Source: Candidatus Bathyarchaeia archaeon | Lineage (GTDB): Archaea > Thermoproteota > Bathyarchaeia > Bathyarchaeales > Bathycorpusculaceae | Assembly: GCA_038883795.1 (NCBI GenBank) | Contig: JAVZLK010000001.1 | Coordinates: 64,001 to 128,000, forward strand | DNA: 64,000 bases | Direction of reading: 5' to 3' | The notes under the pieces: model-generated | Database searches by the model: none | What the model saw: only the letters and a program-made list of their open reading frames with translations | Told to the model about the DNA's origin: nothing | Shown here: piece after piece, positions 49,386 through 59,457 of the stretch | How positions within the stretch are numbered: position 1 is the stretch's first letter | Layout of the letters: every line of letters begins with the position of its first letter | Position numbers and translations under genes: made by a program

Positions 49386-51125
49386 TCATCTGGCGGTTTC
49401 TTCACGTAATCTTAACAGAATTCCGTTAATGGTGGTCTCAGCCCGCTCTTTTCTGCGTTGATAATCAGCAAAAAGCTTTCGGTAAGCCTCCAATGAAAGT
49501 TCGCCTCGGCTGTGACGAGCTTCTATGCTTCTGCTACTGGCTTCAACCTCGTTTATTTCGGTTTCCGCAACCTCAAGCTGCCGCATCAAATCCGCATACA
49601 AACCACCGGCCGCACGCAGTCTTTCCTTATATTCCGCCAAACTCTTAGACAAACTATTGAGGCGAGTTTCCAGAGTTTTTCTCAACACTTTATATCGACG
49701 CCTAGGAATCTTTCCCTTACGTACTCTAGTTTCCAACGTTTCCAATTCCAATGTTATTTTTCTTTTTTCTTCATAGGCGCTTACGAAAGATTTAATGTAT
49801 TCTGGGCGAAGCCTTACGGCTGCCGCTGGTACAGGAGCTGCAACTCGGACGGCGGCGGCTTTTGACTTTTTCCAAAGGGCGCCCACTGTTACTCCGAAAA
49901 CGGCTAAAGCCCAAATCATTAATGTGGGACGAAAAGCCAACCATAAGGGATTAAATTCATAGGCAATTCGCAAAACATTTTGTAAGGGAAGAACGCTTTC
50001 TAGATACGTAACCTTTTCTTTGTTTATGGTTATTGTTTCTTGGAAAATGCTTCTTGACAAGTAGCAAGAACCAACGGTTAAAACATTTTCAGACGTCAAA
50101 ATTCGTGCACCCTCTGGCAAAGTAAAACTCACAGAGGCTGCTTCCACATAACAATTCATATCATTAAGTAAAAGAGATGACGCATTGAAACTGTTAGCGC
50201 CTTCTTGTGTGCTAAGGTAAACTTGGCTTGGCAAAGAATATTTTATAGAAAACCTTGTAGACCTATAGCTTTCCAGTTGCAAAGAAAACGTAACCTTATA
50301 AAGATTCTTTTCCCTATCAACCACTTCCACATCTGACATTTTTCTCCCAAACTCATCATACGCAATTGGATTGGTAACGTTTGGGGGCAAAACCACTTCC
50401 ACATAGCCGATTTTGCTAGGTGATTTACTTGAAATGTAATAGCTATCTGTGCCTTCGATCTCGCCTAAACCGCCTATCCAAACTTCACGTTTCAATTCTT
50501 TCACATCAAACAGCCGCAGCTTATCACCAGCATAGGAGAATGCCAAATTTGCAGGTGAAAAAGTGAAGGCAGAAAGTTCTCTAGAATAAGTTGAAGCATT
50601 AACAATCCCATCATCCTTTACAACCCTCACATCACTTGCACCTAGCGGCAGAACAATTGAAACACTACAGTTGCCCACGTTTTCTGTAAAGGCAGGATAA
50701 GCTGGAAAATCCAATGTATAAACTGATTCCGAAACTGTGAGGAGGTCATTTGAAAGCACAAAGGCGACGGTGAAAACTTGCGCTCCTTGTGAAAAGTCTA
50801 TTTCAACACCATAAAAGCCGATTCTATTTCCTAAGGGTACGTTAAGTTTTACTGGAAAGATTTTATTCGAGTCGTAGGCTACGCATCTTAGGATATGTGA
50901 ACCATATTTGTATGGAAACCCCATGACAAAGCTAGGAGTGAATGTTTGTTCGGATAGTTCGATGGTGTCGTTTATTATAATGTGGCCATTATACAAAATT
51001 TCAACAGTATGGTCAACTTTTGTTATGCTGTAAGTTTGAGCCCATGTGAATTTAATATTCAGTGAAAGGGAAGCAATAAAAATTAGAACAGCTATTATCG
51101 CAAGCATTGAAGACTTCTTCCTCAT
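49386..51125 (-). CDS. Type I membrane protein, ribophorin I (OST1)-like
   Basis: Signal peptide, two beta-rich domains (LPEGA, YDEFG, YSLP), single TM, long cytoplasmic helical tail. Confidence 0.65.
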   Translation of the reverse strand: MRKKSSMLAIIAVLIFIASLSLNIKFTWAQTYSITKVDHTVEILYNGHIIINDTIELSEQTFTPSFVMGFPYKYGSHILRCVAYDSNKIFPVKLNVPLGNRIGFYGVEIDFSQGAQVFTVAFVLSNDLLTVSESVYTLDFPAYPAFTENVGNCSVSIVLPLGASDVRVVKDDGIVNASTYSRELSAFTFSPANLAFSYAGDKLRLFDVKELKREVWIGGLGEIEGTDSYYISSKSPSKIGYVEVVLPPNVTNPIAYDEFGRKMSDVEVVDREKNLYKVTFSLQLESYRSTRFSIKYSLPSQVYLSTQEGANSFNASSLLLNDMNCYVEAASVSFTLPEGARILTSENVLTVGSCYLSRSIFQETITINKEKVTYLESVLPLQNVLRIAYEFNPLWLAFRPTLMIWALAVFGVTVGALWKKSKAAAVRVAAPVPAAAVRLRPEYIKSFVSAYEEKRKITLELETLETRVRKGKIPRRRYKVLRKTLETRLNSLSKSLAEYKERLRAAGGLYADLMRQLEVAETEINEVEASSRSIEARHSRGELSLEAYRKLFADYQRRKERAETTINGILLRLREETAR

Positions 51126-51262
51126 AGGGCTTCCTCCACGATGTTGCAAGTTTTAGGCTTTTATTTAATAATAAGCCTATTTATTTACTTTTACGAATAG
51201 CGCCACCTTGTTCCATGCATTTAGGATAGAATACGAAGAGAAAACAGCTTATGGTTTAAGTG

Positions 51263-51610
51263 CTAACGTGGTTCACCATGTTTAAAGTAATAATTCTCCT
51301 CTTTTTTGGGTCCAAAACTTCTTACGCCCTTCTCTCTTAGTTGTTTTCTAAGCTTTTTGGCATATTGCCTTTCTATTTCGCCTCTCTTCTCCATAAAATC
51401 TATTATCTCTTTTGCTTGCTCTTCGGTATCACATCGCCTAATGAAATCTATTACGTCTGGCATGTAATGGGCGAATCGTTGAGTAGAAGCCCTTTCTCCG
51501 GTTTGAATGTCTGTTCGCACAGAGTTTATTGAAACCTTATGCTCGTTGGATTCTAGTTCTTTGGCTAAGTTTGGAAAAAGTTTTTTGAACGTTTCTTTGT
51601 CGAATTCCAC
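51263..51610 (-). CDS. DUF2095-like conserved archaeal protein
   Basis: FPNLAKEL, PDVIDFIRRCDTEEQA, GVRSFG. Confidence 0.85.
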   Translation of the reverse strand: MEFDKETFKKLFPNLAKELESNEHKVSINSVRTDIQTGERASTQRFAHYMPDVIDFIRRCDTEEQAKEIIDFMEKRGEIERQYAKKLRKQLREKGVRSFGPKKEENYYFKHGEPR

Positions 51611-51695
51611 AATTGCACCTTCAACCGTGCTCGCATATCTGATTTTATGTAAGAAAAACCAGATATTTAAGCCTCTTCAAAATTTAGACAAAAAT

Positions 51696-52310
51696 TTACA
51701 AGGGAACAAACCGCTTTGTCGGATTTTCTTTAAGCACTATTTCCAATTCTTGCAAAGAAAGACCAGTAATCTCATCCCCGTATATATCACATTTCATTTT
51801 ACCATGAGCCTCTTCGGGGCTTCGAACAATACCTTCGAATTTTTCTCCACTTGAAGATTCACAATATATGTGAAAGAATGTCAGTTTCCTTCCTTTTTCA
51901 GTTATGCTTGTCCATTCAGTTTTTACTATTTGGAAGTTGTTTTGTTCCAGTGTTTTTGCGATAGTTTTCGGCTCATCATGATACACTATTATGTCTATGT
52001 CGCTTTGGCGGCGTGCTGTTCCACGCCAAACACTACCAACAAGAAAAGGCTTGTAAGCTTTCAATATTTTCATTAGCTTTAAAGCTTCTTTTCGTCTTTG
52101 AATCAAACGTTCTTCTCTTGACTTGCCTTCGATTTCGTCCGCTATTTTGTCAAGTTCTCTTGCAACTTCGAGGTTTGTTGGAAGAAACTTAACCCCAAGC
52201 GTTTTTGCAGCCTTCATTTTTGCTTGCTTATATTCCTTTTCAATGCCAAAATAAAGAAGGCTAGCGGCTTCCCTTGCAACCTTCGTTCTTAACTCTTTAG
52301 AACTTTTCAA
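51696..52310 (-). CDS. Predicted nucleotidyltransferase (Pol-beta fold)
   Basis: LVGSVWRG...SDIDI. Confidence 0.85.
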   Translation of the reverse strand: MKSSKELRTKVAREAASLLYFGIEKEYKQAKMKAAKTLGVKFLPTNLEVARELDKIADEIEGKSREERLIQRRKEALKLMKILKAYKPFLVGSVWRGTARRQSDIDIIVYHDEPKTIAKTLEQNNFQIVKTEWTSITEKGRKLTFFHIYCESSSGEKFEGIVRSPEEAHGKMKCDIYGDEITGLSLQELEIVLKENPTKRFVPL

Positions 52311-52332
52311 AGGCTAACCCATAAAAGCGAGT

Positions 52333-53592
52333 TTAACGTTTGATTATTTGCTCGTATAATTCTATTGTTTTTTGTGCAGCCTTATCCCATGTAAACTCGT
52401 TTAAAACCCTTTTTCTGCCATTGTTTCCAAGCCATTTAGCTTTTTCAGGATTTTCCAGAGCGCTTGTTATTCCCCAGGCTATGTCTGCTGGATTGTTTGG
52501 ATTTATGTGAAAACCGCATTGTTCTTCGCCGCAAGGAACGACTATTTCTCGCATTCCACTTACACCTGCTGCGCCGACAACAACTGGGCGTTTCATGCTC
52601 ATGGCTTCGAGGGCTACGATTCCGAATGGTTCGTAGAGGCTTGGAAAGACTGCGACATCACAAGCGGCATAGTGGAGTATGCGCTCTTCTTCTGGGACAA
52701 AGTCGAAGTTAAACTTTACAAAGCCATTCAACCTTATGGTTTTAACCAAATTAACCAAGTAATCTTGCAAATCGCCAATACCCACTATGACTAGTTTTGC
52801 TTTTGGTATTTTCTGCAAAACGTGGGGCATAGCCATTATCAGTTTATCAACGCCTTTAACGCCCACAAGCCTCCCGAGAAAAAGAATCATAGGTTCGTCG
52901 TCCTTTATTCCATAAAAATCCCTTATCTTCTTAACCTGCTCCGCACTCACGTTTTCCGGATTATACTTTTGCGGATCAACACCGTTGTAGCACACTTGAA
53001 TTTTGTCTTTTGGAAAACCAAGTTTTGTAAGCTCATCCTTCATGGCATAAGAGACGGTTATGATTAAATCGGCTGCCTTGGCGCCGTGAAGCTCAATGTT
53101 ACTTACAACTTCTGAACCATTTCCAAGGGTTCGCCCTTTTTCAGTAGAATGCACATGAAAAGCAAAGGGCAGCCCAACCTCTTTTTTGATGGTTATCCCG
53201 CTTATGGCTGAGAGCCAATCATGCGCAATCACAATGTCATATTTGAAATTCTCTTTTTTAATTAGTTCATTAACGAGTTTTGAAGCGCTCAAATAGTTGT
53301 AAACGAGAATTTTGGAGAAAAGCTGAATGCCTCTGCCCCATTTTTTAACATCCTCTGCAAGAACATCAGGCAGAGAATCGGAAATGTCAATGTGTAAGGG
53401 ACGGTGGATTTCTATTCCCCGCCAGATTTCCCTTGTTGGAAGACTACCTTCGTCATCATTCATTGTAAAAACTGTCACGTCATGATCCATTAAAACAAAC
53501 TTTCTTGTAATTTCAGCAGCATAAGTTCCTAATCCACCAACAATTTTTGGCGGATACTCGTAAACCAGCACAGCCATTTTCATTTGTTTCAC
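52333..53592 (-). CDS. GT4 glycosyltransferase, glycogen synthase-like
   Basis: EYPPKIVGGLG, AHDW, YEPFGIVALEAM. Confidence 0.88.
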   Translation of the reverse strand: MKQMKMAVLVYEYPPKIVGGLGTYAAEITRKFVLMDHDVTVFTMNDDEGSLPTREIWRGIEIHRPLHIDISDSLPDVLAEDVKKWGRGIQLFSKILVYNYLSASKLVNELIKKENFKYDIVIAHDWLSAISGITIKKEVGLPFAFHVHSTEKGRTLGNGSEVVSNIELHGAKAADLIITVSYAMKDELTKLGFPKDKIQVCYNGVDPQKYNPENVSAEQVKKIRDFYGIKDDEPMILFLGRLVGVKGVDKLIMAMPHVLQKIPKAKLVIVGIGDLQDYLVNLVKTIRLNGFVKFNFDFVPEEERILHYAACDVAVFPSLYEPFGIVALEAMSMKRPVVVGAAGVSGMREIVVPCGEEQCGFHINPNNPADIAWGITSALENPEKAKWLGNNGRKRVLNEFTWDKAAQKTIELYEQIIKR

Positions 53593-53667
53593 CGTCTTTC
53601 TTTAGGTTAATAGTGCTCTATGCTTACTAACCAACTGCTTATTTACTTTCCTCATAAATTTGAGAAA

Positions 53668-54300
53668 CTAAACTGTTGCGGTGAGTATCCAGCGGCTTGA
53701 AAGTTTTCCTTCAACTTCTCGCTCCTGCAATTCCACTTTAATGATGCGGAAGTCTTTAAGAAGATATCTTATTTCCTCTTCATCACTAAAATGGTGAAGA
53801 ATACCCTTCTCTGCGCCTTCCTTGTCAATAAAAGTGTCTTCTTCCACTTTCTCGCCCATACCATATCTGTAGGTCCTCTTTGACAAAAGGTTGACGAGAA
53901 GAAAACCCTTTTTCTTTAAAATTCTTTGAATTTCAGAAAGCGTTTCTTGCATATCCTTGAATTTTTGATGATAAAGGGTGTGGAGACATATTACAGTGTC
54001 AAAGCAGGAATTAATGTAAGGCAAGAATTTCATGTGGCACTTTATGATCTGGGCTTCTAGGTTTTGTTTTTTGAGCCTTTGTTTCGTGGTGTTTAATCCG
54101 GTTTCTGAAATGTCTATTCCATGAGTTTCGAATCCTTGGTTTGCCATATAAATCAGATGCCTTCCAGCGCCACATCCAAGGTCGAGCACACGTCCGTCTC
54201 TCTTCTTTGTCTTTAGAAGGGCGGCAAAATTAACCACTAGTTCATCGGGGTCTTCTGGGCTGTATCTTTTTTCTTGTAATATTCTGTTCCATTTGGTCAT
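53668..54300 (-). CDS. Class I SAM-dependent methyltransferase
   Basis: VLDLGCGAGRH, GIDIS. Confidence 0.9.
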   Translation of the reverse strand: MTKWNRILQEKRYSPEDPDELVVNFAALLKTKKRDGRVLDLGCGAGRHLIYMANQGFETHGIDISETGLNTTKQRLKKQNLEAQIIKCHMKFLPYINSCFDTVICLHTLYHQKFKDMQETLSEIQRILKKKGFLLVNLLSKRTYRYGMGEKVEEDTFIDKEGAEKGILHHFSDEEEIRYLLKDFRIIKVELQEREVEGKLSSRWILTATV

Positions 54301-54391
54301 TAACTTTCCCGTTTAAATCTCTATTGCTTATAGGAAATATGAAAAATCTATTAAATAACATATTTGTAAATTAAAAGAGGAGTGCAACAAA

Positions 54392-54946
54392 ATGAGTATT
54401 TCACCCGTTAAAAGGTTAATTCTTGAAACTATGTGGATGCTTAACAAGCCGGCTAAGGCTTCTGAAATAGCGAAGGAGGCTGGTTTGGGTTTTCCGTCTG
54501 TTATGATGCACGTAATTGGACTTACCCGCATGGGATATGCCGAATCCAATGAAAAGGGATACTATTCCATAACAGAAAAGGGCAAGAGAGCACTTGGTTT
54601 TCCAGAAATAAGTAAAGAAAAAGCTGAAGAAATTTTGGCTTATTTGCCAATGGAAAAGGCATTCCACTTTTACGCAGACATCGGAAAACCATTAAACATT
54701 CACGCTGCAAGCCTCCAAGACTTCTGCGACAAAATTTCCAAAATTGATATTGGATCTTTGGAGTTTCATCTTCACCGTGGAGATTTTGAGGCATGGTTCA
54801 TGGGGTTGGGCGACGTGGAGCTGGCAAGAAAAACACTTCTTCTAAAAGAACAGAAAATTTTTGGTGAGCAAATTCGCATAAGGCTTCATGAAATTGTGAA
54901 AAATCGATGCGAAGAGCTAGCAAAAATCAGAAAGCAGCGCACTTAA
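54392..54946 (+). CDS. wHTH + DUF5752-like domain protein
   Basis: N-terminal wHTH (YSITEKG); AFHFY...SLEFHLHRGDFEAW. Confidence 0.75.
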   Translation: MSISPVKRLILETMWMLNKPAKASEIAKEAGLGFPSVMMHVIGLTRMGYAESNEKGYYSITEKGKRALGFPEISKEKAEEILAYLPMEKAFHFYADIGKPLNIHAASLQDFCDKISKIDIGSLEFHLHRGDFEAWFMGLGDVELARKTLLLKEQKIFGEQIRIRLHEIVKNRCEELAKIRKQRT

Positions 54947-54964
54947 CCAAATAGGTTTGAAACT

Positions 54965-56086
54965 TTAGGCTGGCTTAAAGCGTCCCTTAAGTTTCTCTAG
55001 AATCTGCTGTAAAGTAGTATATTCCATCTCCTCCGGACCCAAACGGGCAGGCTCAAACTCGCCCATACGCCTAAGCATAGAAGCATATTTCAATGCCTCC
55101 TTTCTAGCTAAAGCGAAAGCTGGATCATCAAACAAATCAGCTATCATGGGTTTTCCATCGTCACCGCTTGCAATTTTCCCATTTGAAACTTGAAAACCTA
55201 AGGCAACAATCCTTGGAGGACCATCAAAAAGCGTGCACTTTGCATCCTTTAAGCCTACGGGCATAATAGGTCCCCAGTGGCTTCCTCGCATCCATCCCTC
55301 AACAAGATAGCTATGCATGAAAGGCGCAAGAATTTCACCAACGGCTGGCAGTCCATGCTGGGCTCGTATGATCATGACTGGATCGTCTTTTCCAACATAT
55401 TTTCCAGCAATCTGCGAAAGCCTTGTTACGCTGCCCACAGCACATATTAGGTCGTCTCGTGCCCGCCAAACACGGGAAATCATGTAACGCTGAACTGTTC
55501 CAATCAAGGCGATTAACTCATACATTTCTTCTGGACATTTAAGCACGACACTCTTGTTTTCGATGGTGTCCAAAACTTCAAATTTGAAGCCCCCCGCCAT
55601 ATTGGGGTCTATCACTAACCCCGCTGTATTCATGGGATCAGCAAAAATGCGGAACAGCGGAAAGTTAAAGGCTCCACCGGAAGTTTTGTCAGCGGCAAAA
55701 ACAACTATGGGGTCGGAGCCTCTCTCTTCTATTTCCATTTCGGCAACACCGGGACCCATTCCGCGGACGTTCCCGCTGAAGGCTGTTTTTAATAGGTCTT
55801 GTCCAGCACCATACAACTTCAGTTCCAAAGCCTTATCCGCTGCTTCTCGAAAAGTATCCCAAGCGATTTTATGGATTTCAGGGTTGGATTCGCCCCTTTC
55901 ATGCACCATAAGCAGCTGCAAATCATCTCCCACATTGAAAACATAATAACTATTTATCAGACCAGCTTCTTTCATTGCCTTAAGATTTTTCTCGGCAATA
56001 TTTAGAAGCGGTTTTGGAACAACATGATGACCAGCTAAAGAACCCACATCACACTTGATTAGGGAAACTGTGGTTTTCTTGGGCAT
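54965..56086 (-). CDS. fbp: Fructose-1,6-bisphosphate aldolase/phosphatase
   Basis: KCDVGS, GDDLQL, YGAGQDLL, YVGKDDP, GWMRGSH, FDGPP, EMEYTT. Confidence 0.96.
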   Translation of the reverse strand: MPKKTTVSLIKCDVGSLAGHHVVPKPLLNIAEKNLKAMKEAGLINSYYVFNVGDDLQLLMVHERGESNPEIHKIAWDTFREAADKALELKLYGAGQDLLKTAFSGNVRGMGPGVAEMEIEERGSDPIVVFAADKTSGGAFNFPLFRIFADPMNTAGLVIDPNMAGGFKFEVLDTIENKSVVLKCPEEMYELIALIGTVQRYMISRVWRARDDLICAVGSVTRLSQIAGKYVGKDDPVMIIRAQHGLPAVGEILAPFMHSYLVEGWMRGSHWGPIMPVGLKDAKCTLFDGPPRIVALGFQVSNGKIASGDDGKPMIADLFDDPAFALARKEALKYASMLRRMGEFEPARLGPEEMEYTTLQQILEKLKGRFKPA

Positions 56087-56211
56087 ATAAATCACTTAAC
56101 CAAGTTTCGGTTTAGAGTTAGACTACAGCTTTTAAAAGACTTGCGAAAGAAAACCCACAAATAAATCATACAATAATAAAAGTTCAATAAAGCAAACAAG
56201 AAGGGGTTCTT

Positions 56212-56712
56212 GTGGAGAAGTTAAGGGTTATCTCTGTAAAAATACCAGAAGAAGTCTACAAAGAAATGCTTTTACGGGTTCCGGAAGGAGAAAGAAGCAA
56301 TTTTATTCGCGACGCCATCACCGAAAAACTTCAAAAAATACCGAGACCAGATAAAATTCTTGAGTTAGAACAAAGACTGGAAAAGGTGGAGAGGGAATTT
56401 TCGGAAATAAGGAAGTATCTTGCAGATTTAGAATTACTCACCTATGAAAAGGGGAAAACAAATCCCCACGCATTTTGTACAGATGAAACAGACCAAAAAA
56501 TTATAGACTACCTCCTCCACTACAAAGGCGCCACAACACCAGAACTGGCAGAGTACCTTAAAACAAACAGATGGCTAATCCTAAACAGACTTAGAAAAAT
56601 AGAAAAAACCTCAAGAAAACAGCTTGGAAAACCCATAATAGAATATTACGCAGGAGAAAAATCTGGTAAGAAAAAAGCGTGGTGGATAAACGAAGAACTA
56701 ATCGAGACATAA
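56212..56712 (+). CDS. DNA-binding protein: RHH + coiled coil + wHTH
   Basis: VISVKIPEE...RSNFIRDAI; ATTPELAEYLKTNRWLILNRL. Confidence 0.75.
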   Translation: MEKLRVISVKIPEEVYKEMLLRVPEGERSNFIRDAITEKLQKIPRPDKILELEQRLEKVEREFSEIRKYLADLELLTYEKGKTNPHAFCTDETDQKIIDYLLHYKGATTPELAEYLKTNRWLILNRLRKIEKTSRKQLGKPIIEYYAGEKSGKKKAWWINEELIET

Positions 56713-56748
56713 CAACTAATTTTAGACACCACAACCTATTTCACAGAT

Positions 56749-56876
56749 GGGCCCGTAGCCCAGTATGGATTAAGGCGCCGAACACACTCTATACCATAGT
56801 GTGTGCGCAAGCCTCCGGACGCTTTGAAAAGGAAGAGAGCCGGAGAACAGGGGTTCAAATCCCCTCGGGCCCGCCA
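56749..56876 (+). tRNA. tRNA-Arg(CCG) with introns at 29/30 (56781-56810) and 37/38 (56819-56837); CCA encoded
   Basis: GGGCCCG/CGGGCCC acceptor. Splicing gives CCGGC-CTCCGGA-GCCGG. TTCAAAT T-loop. GCGC/GCGC BHB helix. Confidence 0.92.
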
Positions 56877-56906
56877 AAATTTCCGTAATTCAGATGTCGG
56901 TAATAG

Positions 56907-57443
56907 TCAAGGGGATAACTTGTTAAGGACGTGGCTTTCAATGTTGTCTTCATCAATTTTGAAGGTTTCTGGTTCCTCTATTTTTAATATAGCCCTCAAG
57001 GCTTCTGGTTCAAGCCCTCGCACAAGCTTAAGGACTTCTTTTTTAGCTGATTCCAAATGTTTTTTGAGTATTTCGCCATTTTTGTGGAGAACGCCGGCGA
57101 GGGGGCATATTTTTTCCATTTTAAGATACCACTCTATTTTTCGGGTTTGCTTGTTTATGTCAAAGGTTATTGGTCCAGCCACGCAAGTTTCTGGTTTCAC
57201 TGGGTGAATTTTGCATTTTCTTGTTTGCCTATCATAAAATATGCAGTATCCTTCCGCATCTTCTCTTGGAAAAGTGTATGCTGTTTTTGCAAATGGATTT
57301 TGAATGGGGATCTTCTGCTCTTTTAGGTATTTTTCAATAATTTTTTTGCGTTCGCTTGTTATTGGAGGTCTCGCATTTTGGCAACAGCTAATTTTGCAAT
57401 TGGCGCAAACGTTAAAGAAATCCTCTTGCCTTTTGTTCGTCAT
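56907..57443 (-). CDS. YkgJ-family cysteine-cluster protein
   Basis: CANCKISCC, CIFYD, CKIHPVKPETC. Confidence 0.87.
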   Translation of the reverse strand: MTNKRQEDFFNVCANCKISCCQNARPPITSERKKIIEKYLKEQKIPIQNPFAKTAYTFPREDAEGYCIFYDRQTRKCKIHPVKPETCVAGPITFDINKQTRKIEWYLKMEKICPLAGVLHKNGEILKKHLESAKKEVLKLVRGLEPEALRAILKIEEPETFKIDEDNIESHVLNKLSP

Positions 57444-57462
57444 AGCGAATTTTCTCCAAACT

Positions 57463-58671
57463 TTAGAAGTAAGGCTGATTCTTCATAAGGCTTTCCACAA
57501 GGCTTGAGTAAATGCTTACGATGGCTTCTTTCAAATCTGTCTTTTGCACTTTTCTTTGAACCCTCTCCCTTATAATTTCAGAAAGGTTGCCGCTTTCAAT
57601 TCTCTTCCGTATCAGAGGAAGGTATTTCTTTTCCTGTTTTGAAGCGTTTTCCCAAGCAATTTTGAAAAAGTGCTCGCACACTCGCTTAGCAGTTTTTCCC
57701 TTCGGATGCAAAACACTTACATTTAATCCTTCAGCTATGACAGAGTTAAAGTCTTTCACAAGAATTTCATGGGGCAAAAGGTTAGGTTCGCTCTTCATCA
57801 GCCCTCTTAATAACGCCCTTAAAAAGCAACTTAGGGCAACATCTGATTTGACGCATTCCTGCTCGTCCATGATCCTTATTTCGATGGCTTTTCTGTCAAA
57901 CCGGAAAATTGCTCCGCGGGAGTTAACCCAGTCTTTGTGGAGAAGGCATTTGTCCACGCCTTTTCGGGCTAATTCCATGGAGTATCTTTCTATAATTTCT
58001 TTCTTATACTGAGCGAAAGAGAATATGTATTCGGGAATTACGTCTCCAGTTATCGAATTTACTTCCTTCTGATTTGTCATGTAAAAATGTAATCGGTTAT
58101 CCACGTATGCGCCAAATTTTCCTTCATAAATGGGCGAGGCCGCTGAAATTGCCGGCAGATACGCACAAACTTCTGCAAGAATATTATGCATCAAAACAGC
58201 CTTTTTCTCATTAAAGTATGGGATGTTTAGTTGGAAGCTTTGAATGTTAAGCCACCCGTGCTGTTTAAGGTTGAAGACTTTGCTGTATGCCTGGTAAATC
58301 TGTCTGTGGCGGTGAGGCCAAATCATAGTTTCTTCAAGCGTGAGCAGTGGGTGCATTCCTGTTCCGAGGAGAGATGCTCCATATTTGCTTTCTAAAAAGT
58401 CTGCAATGGTTAAAACTGCTTCGTGCATTTTTTCTTCGAAGGTTTCAGGCGATCTGAATGGCATGTTGGGTTTGATTTCCATAACGTGTAATTGAAGTTC
58501 TTTTCCAAAAGTGAAGTTGGGTTGCTCCACAAAGTTTACAATGCGTCCACGAAAATCTTTAATGATTTTATCCACTATTGGTAACGCTTTTAATTCTTCG
58601 TTGACTATTGAAAATTCGTGTTCTGGACCCAAGACTTCCAGGGTTTTGTACGTATACTGTTCCTCTTTCAT
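57463..58671 (-). CDS. Glutamate-cysteine ligase family 2 (GCS2) carboxylate-amine ligase
   Basis: GPEHEF, ELQLHVMEIK, TGMHP, NSRGAIFRFDRKAIEIRIMDEQEC. Confidence 0.88.
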   Translation of the reverse strand: MKEEQYTYKTLEVLGPEHEFSIVNEELKALPIVDKIIKDFRGRIVNFVEQPNFTFGKELQLHVMEIKPNMPFRSPETFEEKMHEAVLTIADFLESKYGASLLGTGMHPLLTLEETMIWPHRHRQIYQAYSKVFNLKQHGWLNIQSFQLNIPYFNEKKAVLMHNILAEVCAYLPAISAASPIYEGKFGAYVDNRLHFYMTNQKEVNSITGDVIPEYIFSFAQYKKEIIERYSMELARKGVDKCLLHKDWVNSRGAIFRFDRKAIEIRIMDEQECVKSDVALSCFLRALLRGLMKSEPNLLPHEILVKDFNSVIAEGLNVSVLHPKGKTAKRVCEHFFKIAWENASKQEKKYLPLIRKRIESGNLSEIIRERVQRKVQKTDLKEAIVSIYSSLVESLMKNQPYF

Positions 58672-58764
58672 TATATTTGGTTCTGAAATTGGGATATAAG
58701 AATACAGTTAATTTTAAATATGACTGGTGCAATACCGAGCATTCAATAATCTGGTGTTACATGC

Positions 58765-59457
58765 GTGTTGGTCGTATCAAACATCGACCTAACAACAAAC
58801 TTACCCATTATGAAACCGTCGACCTTCCTCGAATCTTCGATTAAAGACTTTACTCTCAACATAAACAATGATTATAGGTATTTAAAAACCGGATATTACG
58901 TGTCTTTACACGCAGAAGTTTTGGGCAATCCTGTTATTCCACCAAGCGAAAACATTCTAGACGCTTATAGAACGCCTCTTTTTCTGCTTAGGGCTTCAAA
59001 GGCTGGAATTCCAACGATTCCCTACATCGTAACGGATTCGGTGAAGCAAATAATTTCCCAACTTAATTTTCCAGTTGTTGTTTTTGCTGTTAATCCATTC
59101 TCCTTTGATGGATACAAGATTGCAAGAAATAGAAGCGCCCTTTACAGAGCCATGAAAAGTTTGGGTATGAACTACAAATTTGATGTTTGTGTGCAACCCT
59201 TGAGGGGAGTTATGCTCTCATTTAAGTCTATTTTCGGAAAATGCGATTTAGAAGAGGATGTGCAGAGGATTGCGGCTAAAGTTTATGAAGTGTTTAAGAT
59301 ACCCATTTGCAAATTGCATGTTCAGCGCACTGAAAATGGCGTGTATTTGTGTGGGCTTCAACCATTAAAGAGGGAAGAAATATCCTCACAAGATTTGAGG
59401 ATGATATCCGCGGAAGTTTCTCGAATTTTTAATAATGGTGACCACCTAATTGTCTAG
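58765..59457 (+). CDS. RLAN-domain protein with degenerate ATP-grasp segment
   Basis: YRYLKTGYYVSLHAE..G..VIP; KAGIP...FPVVVF. Confidence 0.75.
   Translation: MLVVSNIDLTTNLPIMKPSTFLESSIKDFTLNINNDYRYLKTGYYVSLHAEVLGNPVIPPSENILDAYRTPLFLLRASKAGIPTIPYIVTDSVKQIISQLNFPVVVFAVNPFSFDGYKIARNRSALYRAMKSLGMNYKFDVCVQPLRGVMLSFKSIFGKCDLEEDVQRIAAKVYEVFKIPICKLHVQRTENGVYLCGLQPLKREEISSQDLRMISAEVSRIFNNGDHLIV

Noticed and set aside
56679-57207. ORFs 56679-56888 and 56803-57207
   Set aside because: They overlap tRNA-Arg and the antisense strand of the YkgJ gene.
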